From positions 1 through 62,550 of IMG/VR virus record IMGVR_UViG_3300049793_000080: a stretch of 62,550 bases of DNA, one strand, 5' to 3'. The position numbers and the translations under genes were made by a program. The DNA comes from a virus. Its lineage: Duplodnaviria; Caudoviricetes. How positions within the stretch are numbered: position 1 is the first letter of the stretch; every line of letters begins with the position of its first letter. Positions 1-7,942 of this stretch are shown here, one piece after another. The notes beneath the pieces were generated by a model. That model did not search any database and was not told the origin of the DNA. It saw nothing but the letters and a program-made list of their open reading frames with translations.

Positions 1-127
1 CGTTGGTCACGTTCAGCGCGATGGCCGTCACGCCGTCCTGGTGCATCTGCTTGCGCTCGGCCTCCACGCGGTCGGATTCGTCCTTGGCGTCTTTCTTGCG
101 CTTGTCCTCGGCGTCGAGTTGCTCCTG
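1..127. repeat. Exact direct repeat of 62424-62550 (circular assembly overlap)
   Basis: First and last 127 nt are identical; a minus-strand ORF continues in frame across the join. Confidence 0.97.
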
Positions 128-478
128 AAACGGCGTCTCGTGCGCCTTCGCTTCCTCGATGTACTGCTTGGCGCGGACGTTGAATTGCCGCTGCATGGTG
201 CCGAGCATCTTGCTGCCCGTATCCTGCAGCGCCTGCATCGGGTAGCGCACGGACTCGCGCAGCTCGGTGCGGATGGCGGCGATCTGGTCATAGCCCTTCG
301 TGGTGCGCACATCGGCCACCACGCCGGTGTACTTCTTCGCGAGCGCGTGGCCCAGCGCGGCCAGCTCGGTAATCTTGGTGTTGGTCTTGGTCACCTCCAC
401 CAGTGCGGTGGTCACCTCGTCGGCCGGCGGCGCGGTCAGGTCCGTCGCGGCGGATTCTTCGGCAAGTTCAATGGGCAT
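1..478 (-). CDS. N-terminal part of a 495-aa coiled-coil protein that continues at 62423-61414
   Basis: ATG at 478 ([14 protein letters not shown]...); open to position 1 and in frame with ORF 61414..62490 through the repeat. Confidence 0.85.
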   Translation of the reverse strand, partial: MPIELAEESAATDLTAPPADEVTTALVEVTKTNTKITELAALGHALAKKYTGVVADVRTTKGYDQIAAIRTELRESVRYPMQALQDTGSKMLGTMQRQFNVRAKQYIEEAKAHETPFQEQLDAEDKRKKDAKDESDRVEAERKQMHQDGVTAIALNVTN

Positions 479-722
479 GGCTGCGCGCCTCCACGTACTG
501 AATCCACTCGCTGATCGGCGCCGGGGCCAGCTTGCCCGCGTCGCTGTCCGGGATTTCGATGTTGAACTCGTCCTCGATGGACATGACGGCCTCCACGGCG
601 TCGAGCGAATCGCCGCCGTAGTCGGACAGGGCGCGCTCGTCCTTGATGGTGGACGCATCCACGCTCAGCGAGAGCGCCAACGTGCTGCGCACGCGCGCCG
701 CGATGGTAGTTGCTTCTGACAT
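468..722 (-). CDS. acpP: Acyl carrier protein
   Basis: Acidic 84 aa with phosphopantetheine site [24 protein letters not shown]; GGAG RBS. Confidence 0.92.
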   Translation of the reverse strand: MSEATTIAARVRSTLALSLSVDASTIKDERALSDYGGDSLDAVEAVMSIEDEFNIEIPDSDAGKLAPAPISEWIQYVEARSHAH

Positions 723-743
723 GCAAGTTTCTCCAGTGGTGAA

Positions 744-920
744 TCAGTAGCGAACGCGCGGGCCCACCAGCTTGTTGCGCGCGATCACGTTCTTGTTGAT
801 GTAGGGGCTGGTGGGGCGCATGCCCCAGGCCGAGATGGCGATGCACACAGAGATGGCGCCGCGCAGGGGCTGGGCGATGCTCTCCCACGTCTCGGCGGCC
901 GCGCGCAGCAGGCGCCTCAC
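744..920 (-). CDS. Hypothetical 58-aa protein (MRRLLRAAAETW...)
   Basis: GTG start overlaps the upstream TGA; fills the gap in the operon. Confidence 0.55.
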   Translation of the reverse strand: MRRLLRAAAETWESIAQPLRGAISVCIAISAWGMRPTSPYINKNVIARNKLVGPRVRY

Positions 921-1099
921 GCGAATTCACCCATCATGCCGGCGCAGCCCATGCCGGCGGCGCGCACGGCAGACACATCGCTGTCATCGCCCTCGTCCTC
1001 GTACTGCGGGCCGATGCGCTCCAGGCCGCTGCGCACCTCGTCGTCGTGGTGCTCGCGGATAGCTTCCTGTTCTTCGGGTGTGCGTTCGGGGTCGAACAT
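917..1099 (-). CDS. Small acidic early protein (60 aa)
   Basis: AAGGAG RBS; first gene after the leftward promoter; 17 D/E vs 5 R. Confidence 0.7.
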   Translation of the reverse strand: MFDPERTPEEQEAIREHHDDEVRSGLERIGPQYEDEGDDSDVSAVRAAGMGCAGMMGEFA

Positions 1100-1126
1100 G
1101 CTCGCTCCTTGTGGAATTAGGCCGCC

Positions 1127-1155
1127 ATGATGAACCATGCCAATCCGCGCGTCAA
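1127..1155 (-). promoter_or_regulatory. Leftward sigma70-like promoter
   Basis: TTGACG-N17-CATCAT on the minus strand. Confidence 0.65.
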
Positions 1156-1182
1156 CAACTTTTGGCACATTTCGGCACCGGC

Positions 1183-1211
1183 TTGTTTTTGTGCCAGCAG
1201 CGTGGCAGAAT
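1183..1211 (+). promoter_or_regulatory. Rightward promoter (extended -10) with TGCCA-N6-TGGCA palindrome
   Basis: TTGTTT-N17-CAGAAT preceded by TG; ATG lies 8 nt downstream, so the mRNA is probably leaderless. Confidence 0.55.
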
Positions 1212-1219
1212 CGCCCCCC

Positions 1220-1405
1220 ATGAACAAAACCCAAATCCGCGCCCACTTCAAGACGATCAACGTGTCGCGATTCGGGGAGCGTCACGGCATCCCGCTGCGA
1301 ACACTGTGGCGCGTCAAGAAGCGAGGCGAATCCGTAAGTTCGCGCACACTCGCGCGCGTCTCCAGAGCCATCGCGGCAGACGTGGCCGCCGGGATCGTGG
1401 AATGA
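1220..1405 (+). CDS. Cro-like/XRE helix-turn-helix regulator (61 aa)
   Basis: VSRFGERHGIPLRTLWRVKKRGESVSSRTLARV HTH pattern; first rightward gene. Confidence 0.7.
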   Translation: MNKTQIRAHFKTINVSRFGERHGIPLRTLWRVKKRGESVSSRTLARVSRAIAADVAAGIVE

Positions 1406-1620
1406 GCGCCGAGCCCGATGAATTCTGGCCCGGCACCACGGTGAAAAAGTCACTCCATACCGGCTTCACGGTGGGCTTTGGCGACAAGCCGCACGGGTAT
1501 GTGCCGGGCTCCGCGTCGACGCAGGGCAAGGGCGCGATCCGGGGCACGGCGGGCCTGCGCCAGCACCGCGCCTTCGGCTCCATCAACGGCACGATCAATT
1601 TCAAGAAGACGCCAGCATGA
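1402..1620 (+). CDS. Hypothetical protein
   Basis: ATGA overlap with upstream stop. Confidence 0.6.
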   Translation: MSAEPDEFWPGTTVKKSLHTGFTVGFGDKPHGYVPGSASTQGKGAIRGTAGLRQHRAFGSINGTINFKKTPA

Positions 1621-1672
1621 GCAAGCGGCGGAAGTAGACGCGCCCTGCACAACGAGGACTTGAGGAGTGACG

Positions 1673-1996
1673 ATGAGATACCCGCATTCAACGGCGTACA
1701 CGCTGGACGTGATCAAGAACGGCGCGAGCACATTCAGGCCGGAATTCCTGGGCTGGGTGGCGAATAACTGGGGCGTGTGGCTGCGCTTTTGGGAGGAGTC
1801 GCAGAAGGTTCGGGCGACCGGGCGCACGCATTACAGCGGCCGCACCATTGGCGAATACATCCGCCACCAGACAGCGCTCAGCGAGCCCACGGGCGACTAC
1901 AAGGTGAACGATCACGCATGGCCGGACTGCTGCCGCCTGTTCATGGCGCTGGACCACACGGCCGAAGGCTTCTTTGAACTTCGCGGGAGAACATGA
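1673..1996 (+). CDS. Phage hypothetical protein (YSGRTIGEYIRH...YKVND), possibly DNA-binding
   Basis: GAGGAG RBS; GC3-rich codons. Confidence 0.7.
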   Translation: MRYPHSTAYTLDVIKNGASTFRPEFLGWVANNWGVWLRFWEESQKVRATGRTHYSGRTIGEYIRHQTALSEPTGDYKVNDHAWPDCCRLFMALDHTAEGFFELRGRT

Positions 1997-2362
1997 ATGG
2001 CAATGGCACCGAAAATTGAGCCTCGACACGTGGCGAAGATCAAGGAGTGGATCGCTAACCTGGGGCCGTCGACCACGGCGGCGCGATACGTCGATGCGCT
2101 GCCGAACACCTACGCGATGGAGCTGCTCGTCGCGTATCGCATGGGCAGCGAATCGGCCGGCTGGATCTTGTGCAGGTACGAGCGCGAGGAGCAAGAGCAG
2201 GCCGCGTTCAACGCGGTGGCCAATGCGGTGCCGCCCAGCCTGGAGCTTGAGGTGCTCGGCTGGCGTCCGGGCTCGCGCCTCGACTGGGTGTGCATCCCAT
2301 CCTTGCCGGCCTCCAACGACCCGCTGGGTCAGTACGGCTACATGGGAGCGAAGTGGAAATGA
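1997..2362 (+). CDS. Hypothetical protein
   Basis: Tightly packed operon ORF (alternative start 2003). Confidence 0.65.
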   Translation: MAMAPKIEPRHVAKIKEWIANLGPSTTAARYVDALPNTYAMELLVAYRMGSESAGWILCRYEREEQEQAAFNAVANAVPPSLELEVLGWRPGSRLDWVCIPSLPASNDPLGQYGYMGAKWK

Positions 2363-2535
2363 GCAACCACGACGAACACGCGCAGATGGTCACCGACTGC
2401 GAGAACCGCGAGAGCAAGCTGACCGAGTGGGAGGCCGGCTTCATCCAGAGCTGCCGCGAGCGCATCGACGCTGGCCGCGCGTTGAGCCCGCCGATGGAAG
2501 AAACCCTCAACACGATATGGGACCGGATCACATGA
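2359..2535 (+). CDS. Small phage protein (LTEWEAGFIQS...LNTIWDR)
   Basis: ATGA overlaps at both ends. Confidence 0.7.
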   Translation: MSNHDEHAQMVTDCENRESKLTEWEAGFIQSCRERIDAGRALSPPMEETLNTIWDRIT

Positions 2536-2807
2536 CGAAACTACGCTGCTGGCCGGGCGCGCTGGCCGTCATCCTGCGCGGCGAATTGAAGGGCAAGACC
2601 ATCGAGTGCGATGCAGTCAGCTACCGCCCTGACGGCCGCGCCCAGTGGTCCTACAAAGGCGACCGCCTCTATGCCTATGTGGACGGAAAACTATGGGAGT
2701 GCGGCGACATCGCTGACGACAACCTGCGGCCCATCACGCCGCCGCCCACCGACAAGGTTCACGAAGAACCCATCACTCAACTGACACCCGAGGACGCAAC
2801 GACATGA
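2532..2807 (+). CDS. Hypothetical protein (KOW/SH3-like start)
   Basis: ATGA overlaps at both ends. Confidence 0.65.
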   Translation: MTKLRCWPGALAVILRGELKGKTIECDAVSYRPDGRAQWSYKGDRLYAYVDGKLWECGDIADDNLRPITPPPTDKVHEEPITQLTPEDATT

Positions 2808-3223
2808 GCACCACGATGAACCGCGCCGAGAGGCGCAAGGCATCCAAGCACATCGCCCGCGAGAGCAAGAAATTCGATGACGAGTTCGTGGTGGTGCCGA
2901 TCAGCGACGCCATCGCCCCGCCGAACCAGATCCGCGCGCTGCGCAACCGCAAGTTTCTGGTGCAGGAGTTCATGCCGGCCCTGGGCACCGAGGACATGGT
3001 GCTGTGCCGCCTATCCGTCAACATCATCGCCCTGGACGGCGACCAGTGGGTGGACGGCATCGGCTGGGAGGAGCTGCAGCACATCAAAAGCGCGCTCGGC
3101 TACGCGGACATGGAGGCGGTGGAGATTTACCCGCGTGATCGTGATGTCGTGAATGTTGCGGCTATTCGACACATTTTCGTGCTGCGCGGCCTGCTGCCGT
3201 TCACGTGGCGCCGCGGGGTATGA
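2804..3223 (+). CDS. Conserved phage protein (WEELQHIK...AVEIYP...VVNVAAIRH)
   Basis: Motif pattern I recognise from phage hypothetical proteins; ATGA overlap. Confidence 0.75.
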   Translation: MSTTMNRAERRKASKHIARESKKFDDEFVVVPISDAIAPPNQIRALRNRKFLVQEFMPALGTEDMVLCRLSVNIIALDGDQWVDGIGWEELQHIKSALGYADMEAVEIYPRDRDVVNVAAIRHIFVLRGLLPFTWRRGV

Positions 3224-3229
3224 ACCCCA

Positions 3230-3259
3230 TTGCGTTGTTCATTGTGGCTCAGCCATAAT
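3230..3259 (+). promoter_or_regulatory. Promoter upstream of the replication genes
   Basis: TTGCGT-N18-CATAAT in an intergenic gap. Confidence 0.55.
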
Positions 3260-3264
3260 GAAAG

Positions 3265-3360
3265 CTGGAACCCCGGCTAGTGGAGGCTTGATCACCTCTG
3301 CGAAAAGCGTACTCCCCGCCTGCCGGACGTTCTTTCCTTGGGAGTGCGCGGAGTGCCTTT
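3265..3360 (+). ncRNA. Candidate structured leader RNA before the replication initiator
   Basis: GAAC-CCGGC...GCCGG-GTTC closing stem, internal GGAGG/CCTCT hairpin, and GCGTACTCCC complementary to downstream GGGAGTGCGC and GGAGTGC. Confidence 0.5.
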
Positions 3361-3364
3361 TTAT

Positions 3365-4201
3365 ATGAAACGTCCAGCGTTCCAGTTCTACACCAAGGAC
3401 TGGCAGACGAATCCGAAGCTGCGTCGGTGTTCACCGGGAGCGCGTGGCGTGTGGATGGACGTCCTGTGCCTGCTGCATCAGTCCGAGGAATACGGCGTCC
3501 TGCGCTGGCCCCTGCGCGAACTGGCCAATGCCGCCGGCTCCTCGATGGCCCACATGCGCGAGCTGATCGACAAGCGCGTTCTCAAGGGAAGCGACGAGCA
3601 CTGCGACCCCTACATTTACACCCCGCGTCACGCCGGAAAGCTGGGCGATCCGGTGGTGCTGCTCGAGGCCACGGATGACCCGTGCTGGTACTGCAGCCGA
3701 TTCCTAAGGGACGAGTGGGTGCGCGGCAGACGCGGCGCAGCGACCCGTTTTGACGAGGAAAATCAGCCACCGACCCGTTCACCAACCGGTCGGGTGGGTG
3801 AACGGCAGGGTGACGGCCCTCCTAACTCCTATTTGCATACTGCTACCTCCGGTATTCCTCAGGGCCCTGCGGGCCCTTCGGAGCCGACGACAAAAAGACC
3901 AAGCCGGAAATGCCCAGAGAGCTTCGAGGTGACTGCTGCACTCGTGGAGTGGGCGAACACCACGGTGCCGAGCATCCCGCCTGACGGCCTGCGCCGGGAA
4001 ACCGACAAGTTCCGCGATCACACGTTCGCGCACAGCATCACCGACTGGCAGGGAGCATGGCGCAACTGGATGCGGCGCGCGGCCGATGGGCGGTCCTATG
4101 CCGGGCACGGAACGGTGAACCGGCAGGAGGCTCAAGAAACCCGAAACCGCGCGGTCGTGGAGGCCGCTTTACGCAAAGGAAATGCCCATGAAGCCGAATG
4201 A
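3365..4201 (+). CDS. Phage replication initiator (YdaU/DUF1376-like N-terminus)
   Basis: MKRPAFQFYTKDW...ARGVWMDVLCLLH N-domain, Pro-rich linker, C-terminal KFRDH...DWQGAWRNWMRR. Confidence 0.8.
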   Translation: MKRPAFQFYTKDWQTNPKLRRCSPGARGVWMDVLCLLHQSEEYGVLRWPLRELANAAGSSMAHMRELIDKRVLKGSDEHCDPYIYTPRHAGKLGDPVVLLEATDDPCWYCSRFLRDEWVRGRRGAATRFDEENQPPTRSPTGRVGERQGDGPPNSYLHTATSGIPQGPAGPSEPTTKRPSRKCPESFEVTAALVEWANTTVPSIPPDGLRRETDKFRDHTFAHSITDWQGAWRNWMRRAADGRSYAGHGTVNRQEAQETRNRAVVEAALRKGNAHEAE

Positions 4202-4835
4202 AAAGGCCGAGCTTTTTTCGCTGCTCGGCGACGTCCACGCCTACTACCGGCAGGACGTGAGCGAGTTCACGCTGGAATTGTGGTGGGGCGCGTGCAAGCG
4301 CTTCGACCTGGAGCAAGTGCGCGAGGCGCTGACCGCGCATGCCATGGACCCGGAGCGCGGCCAGTTCGCGCCCAAGGTGGCCGATGTGGTGCGCGTGCTG
4401 GCGGGCACCACCACTGACCGCGCCGCGCTGGCCTGGGGCAAGGCGATGGACGCTATGCGACAGGTGGGCGCCTACCGCGATGTGGTGTTCGATGACCCCG
4501 CCATCCATGCCGTGGTCGAGGACATGGGCGGCTGGCCGAAGCTGTGTCGCACGGAGCTGAAGGAGCTGGGCTTTCGCCAGCACGAGTTCTGCGAGGCGCA
4601 CCGCGCGTACACCGGGCGCGGCAAGTTCGCCTACCCGACGCAACTGCAGGGCGACCGCGACCCGGACCACGAGTACACGCGCCGCGGCCTGTCCGCGCCG
4701 GTGCCCGTGTTGGTTGGGAGCCCGGCCGTGTGCGCACAGGTTCAGGCCGGAGGCGCGGTGGGCGGCAAGACGGCCATCAGTTTCAACGTCGCGGCGCTGC
4801 TGCCCGCACAACTTCGCAATGGAGGTGGAGAGTGA
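4188..4835 (+). CDS. DUF6475-like protein, putative helicase loader
   Basis: FAPKVADVV and VVFDDPAIHAVVEDMGGWPKLC motifs; directly follows the initiator. Confidence 0.75.
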   Translation: MKPNEKAELFSLLGDVHAYYRQDVSEFTLELWWGACKRFDLEQVREALTAHAMDPERGQFAPKVADVVRVLAGTTTDRAALAWGKAMDAMRQVGAYRDVVFDDPAIHAVVEDMGGWPKLCRTELKELGFRQHEFCEAHRAYTGRGKFAYPTQLQGDRDPDHEYTRRGLSAPVPVLVGSPAVCAQVQAGGAVGGKTAISFNVAALLPAQLRNGGGE

Positions 4836-5323
4836 TCGAGGACAAGCTGACGCTTCAATGGCTCCTGGACCGCGCCGAGGACGATGGCGGCGGGTGCTTG
4901 GTGTGGACTGGCTCGGCCAACAACGGCAAGGAGCCGCGCACGATGCTGGCTGGCCAGCGCATTCTGGTGCGCAAGGAAATCTGGCTGCTGGCGCACGAGG
5001 GCTGCACGCCGCCCGCCGGCGCATTCTTCGGGGTGAACTGCCGGACACCCAAGTGCGTGCACCCGGACCATGTGGTGGCCAGGACGCGCCAGCAGGCGCT
5101 CAAGGGCTGTGCGCGCAACCCGGACGCGGCGCTGCGGGCCACGCTGACCATTCGCGCCAAGTCCAAGCTGCAGCAGGATCGCGTCGACATGATCCTTGCG
5201 GACGAGCGGCCCGCCACGCAGGTGGCGCCGGAGCACGGCATCAGCGCGGCGATGGTGAATTTCATCCGGGCTGGCAAGATGCGCCGCCCGATTGGTGGCC
5301 TGTTCTCCGGGTTGATGCGATGA
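4832..5323 (+). CDS. Degenerate HNH-type protein with C-terminal HTH
   Basis: GCLVWTG...CRTPKCVHPDH lacks the usual His before the first Cys; ATQVAPEHGISAAMVNFIR HTH. Confidence 0.65.
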   Translation: MIEDKLTLQWLLDRAEDDGGGCLVWTGSANNGKEPRTMLAGQRILVRKEIWLLAHEGCTPPAGAFFGVNCRTPKCVHPDHVVARTRQQALKGCARNPDAALRATLTIRAKSKLQQDRVDMILADERPATQVAPEHGISAAMVNFIRAGKMRRPIGGLFSGLMR

Positions 5324-5667
5324 AAGTCACCATCCCCATGATGACGAAGGGCTCCAATGCCCGCGAGCATCACATGCAGCGCTCCAGGCGCGTGAAGGCC
5401 GAGCGCAGCAACGTGGCCTGGATGCTGAACACGTGCAAGCTGGGCGCGCCGCCATTTCCGTGCACCGTCACACTGACGCGCCTGGGCCCGAACACAAAGC
5501 CGCTGGACGAGGGCGACAACCTGCCGCAAGCGCTCAAGGGGGCGCGCGATGAGGTGGCGCATTGGCTGGGCGTGGACGATGGCTCCAAGCTGGTGGCGTG
5601 GAAGTACGCGCAGCGCCGCGAGAAATATTGGGCGGTGGAAATCGAGATTGAATGGAGCGCGCCATGA
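5320..5667 (+). CDS. rusA: RusA-like Holliday junction resolvase
   Basis: LDEGDNLPQALKGARDEVAHWLGVDD fits the DxDN..K...D.......DD motif. Confidence 0.75.
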   Translation: MKVTIPMMTKGSNAREHHMQRSRRVKAERSNVAWMLNTCKLGAPPFPCTVTLTRLGPNTKPLDEGDNLPQALKGARDEVAHWLGVDDGSKLVAWKYAQRREKYWAVEIEIEWSAP

Positions 5668-6110
5668 CGCAAGACGACGCCATTGTTTCCGGCGCCACCG
5701 CTGGCCTGCGCATGCTGGCAGACGGCACCATCCGGCTGAGCGTGGACTTCGAGCCGGGCGACGCGCAGGCCGCCATGCAACTGTTCGGCAAGATCGGCCA
5801 GCCGCTGGGCGTGGCCGCGCTCAAGGTGGGGCACGCGGCGGCAGGCGCGAAGAAGGACGACCCGCGCGGGCCGCTGTGCATGGAGGCGATCAGCCTGTGC
5901 GCCAACCAGAAGTTTCAGGAGTGGATAGCGCACGCCGCAGACGCCGGATTCAACTGGAAGCCGACCGCCGACGCCGCCAAAGGGTTCATTCTGAGCCGGT
6001 GCGGCGTCGAATCTCGCAAGGAGCTGGACGAGAGCCACATTGCGGCGAACCTGTTCCGCAACATCACGCGCGCGTTTCAAGAGTGGGTTCGCAACGTGGA
6101 CCGGGCATGA
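5664..6110 (+). CDS. Phage hypothetical protein (CGVESRKELD)
   Basis: ATGA overlaps; typical nin-like region position. Confidence 0.7.
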   Translation: MTQDDAIVSGATAGLRMLADGTIRLSVDFEPGDAQAAMQLFGKIGQPLGVAALKVGHAAAGAKKDDPRGPLCMEAISLCANQKFQEWIAHAADAGFNWKPTADAAKGFILSRCGVESRKELDESHIAANLFRNITRAFQEWVRNVDRA

Positions 6111-6586
6111 AAAATTCTGGCTTCAAGAAAGCGGTGTACGTGCCGCCCGCGCCGGCGCCGATCCGCCCGCTCGAGAGCCCGCCGAACTACGGCCGCAACA
6201 CCGCCATGGCCCCGGTGCCCAAACGCCCAGCGCTGCGCAATCAGTACCTGCGCGATCTGGCGCGAGGCGAGGAGTGCTCGGTGAAGATCGGCGGCGCCTG
6301 CGCGTGCCAACCCGAGACGGTGGTGTGGGCGCACACGAACACCTTGGCCGACCAGAAGGGCTTGGGCTACAAGGCGAGCGACGAACAGGGGTTCTTCGCA
6401 GGCCACGAGTGCCACACCGCAATCGACGCTCGGAAGCTGAGCCCCGAGGCGGTGGATCTGTTGGTAATCACGGCGCAACTGCGCACGCGCGAGCGCCTGC
6501 GCGAAATCGCGGACAGCTATTCGGCTCCGCAGTGGAAGCAGAAGGCGGCCATGTGGGCGCTGACCAACCTGGAGAGAAAGCCATGA
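6107..6586 (+). CDS. DUF1364/YbcO-like Zn-binding nuclease
   Basis: ARGEECSVKIGGAC...ETVVWAH...KGLGYKASD...CHTAID. Confidence 0.8.
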   Translation: MKNSGFKKAVYVPPAPAPIRPLESPPNYGRNTAMAPVPKRPALRNQYLRDLARGEECSVKIGGACACQPETVVWAHTNTLADQKGLGYKASDEQGFFAGHECHTAIDARKLSPEAVDLLVITAQLRTRERLREIADSYSAPQWKQKAAMWALTNLERKP

Positions 6587-6903
6587 GCGCATTTCGCCCC
6601 GTCGAAGCCTACGCCACCAGCATGCTCGTGATGCTGGGATCGCGTCTGGAGGAGCACCAGGAGAAGTTCAGCGGCAAGAAGCCGCGCTGCTTTGTCCTGC
6701 ATCGCCCCAGCATTGACGCGCTGGACGCGGAGTGCATGGACCGCTTCGGGATTCTGGAGCGCGGAGAGTTTCCGACCGGGCCCTTCGGGACAGCGCGCAC
6801 GCACCGCGCCTTCATGGGGGTGCTCATCGGCCTATGCGCAGACACCTCACCCACCTGCGAAGACATGATGATCGACTGCAACAACGAGCCGCAGCCGCTT
6901 TGA
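6583..6903 (+). CDS. Hypothetical protein
   Basis: GGAG RBS, ATGA overlap. Confidence 0.65.
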   Translation: MSAFRPVEAYATSMLVMLGSRLEEHQEKFSGKKPRCFVLHRPSIDALDAECMDRFGILERGEFPTGPFGTARTHRAFMGVLIGLCADTSPTCEDMMIDCNNEPQPL

Positions 6904-6947
6904 AAAATCTGCCGGCGGATATTCACCGGCGCCACTGGAGAGAAGCT

Positions 6948-7253
6948 ATGTCGAAGATCCTGCCCACCGTGGGCCGAAACCTGTACTACCAGCCGGGCCC
7001 GGGGGAGATACTGGAAATCATCCAGCACCCGCCGAAGGACGACGAGGACAAATCGCAGCCGCTGCACGCGCACATCCTGTACGTGCACGACGAGCGCCAC
7101 GTCACGCTGGAGGTGGTCGACCACATCGGCAACCGTCACGCGCGCGGCGACGTGGTGCTGTGCCAGGACGGCGAGGTGCCCGACGAGGGCGGTGAATACT
7201 GCTACTGGATGCCGTATCAGACCTCGACAGCGAAAGAGGCCAAGCAATCATGA
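6948..7253 (+). CDS. Small phage protein (PTVGRNLYY...QPLHAHILYV...CYWMPYQ)
   Basis: GGAG RBS; motif pattern seen in phage accessory proteins. Confidence 0.75.
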   Translation: MSKILPTVGRNLYYQPGPGEILEIIQHPPKDDEDKSQPLHAHILYVHDERHVTLEVVDHIGNRHARGDVVLCQDGEVPDEGGEYCYWMPYQTSTAKEAKQS

Positions 7254-7942
7254 ACAACATCGAATCCCCCAACAACACCGACTCCAGCATCGAGCAGGAG
7301 ATTCAGGCCAAGGGCAAGACGGCGCCGCGCGTCACGCAGGCCGACTTCGACGCGAACATCATCAGCAGCGAAATCGTCAAGCATGTGTCGCCGTCAGGGC
7401 AGATCCTGCGTTGGGCCGTCATCACCACCGCCAGCGGCTTTGCCGTGACCGGCGACCCCTCGGCCGCAGTGTCGGCTGAGAACGACGACGCCAGCATCGG
7501 CGAACGCATCGCCATCGACAACGCGCGCAACAAGTTGTGGCCGATGATGGGCTACGAGCTCAAGCAGCGGCTGCACGAAGTCAGCAACGGCAATCTGGTG
7601 CGCCGCATCGCCCGCATGTGCCATGAAGTCAACAAGGCGTACTGCGAGGCGCTGGGCGACTTCAGCCAGCCGGCATGGGAAGACGCGCCGCAATGGCAGA
7701 AGGACAGCGCGATCACCGGCGTGTGCCTGCACATGATCAACCCGGACGCTGGCCCGCAGGCATCGCACGAGAGCTGGATGGCGCAGAAGGTGGACGACGG
7801 CTGGGTGTACGGTGCGGTGAAACGCCCGGAGGCCAAGGAGCACCCTTGCATCGTGCCGTTTGCCGATCTGCCGACCGCACAGCAGGCCAAGGACTTCATC
7901 TTCCGCGCCGTGGTGCACGCGGCTGTGGCTGACGCGCCATGA
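7250..7942 (+). CDS. Fusion of N4 gp49/Sf6 gp66-type domain with RyR domain
   Basis: N-half TAPRVT...GFAVTG..SAAVSAENDDASIGERIA..NARNKLWPMMGYELK; C-half SHESWMAQKVDDGWVYG...KEHPCIVPFADLP...KD. Confidence 0.85.
   Translation: MNNIESPNNTDSSIEQEIQAKGKTAPRVTQADFDANIISSEIVKHVSPSGQILRWAVITTASGFAVTGDPSAAVSAENDDASIGERIAIDNARNKLWPMMGYELKQRLHEVSNGNLVRRIARMCHEVNKAYCEALGDFSQPAWEDAPQWQKDSAITGVCLHMINPDAGPQASHESWMAQKVDDGWVYGAVKRPEAKEHPCIVPFADLPTAQQAKDFIFRAVVHAAVADAP

Noticed and set aside
3265-3330. tRNA gene
   Set aside because: No T-loop GTTCRA in the proper position and no cloverleaf; kept as a candidate leader RNA
6583-6903. Second capsid-mimic protein (FVLHR...AFMGVLI vaguely like capsid A-domain strands)
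   Set aside because: No identifiable match to this genome's MCP; similarity too weak
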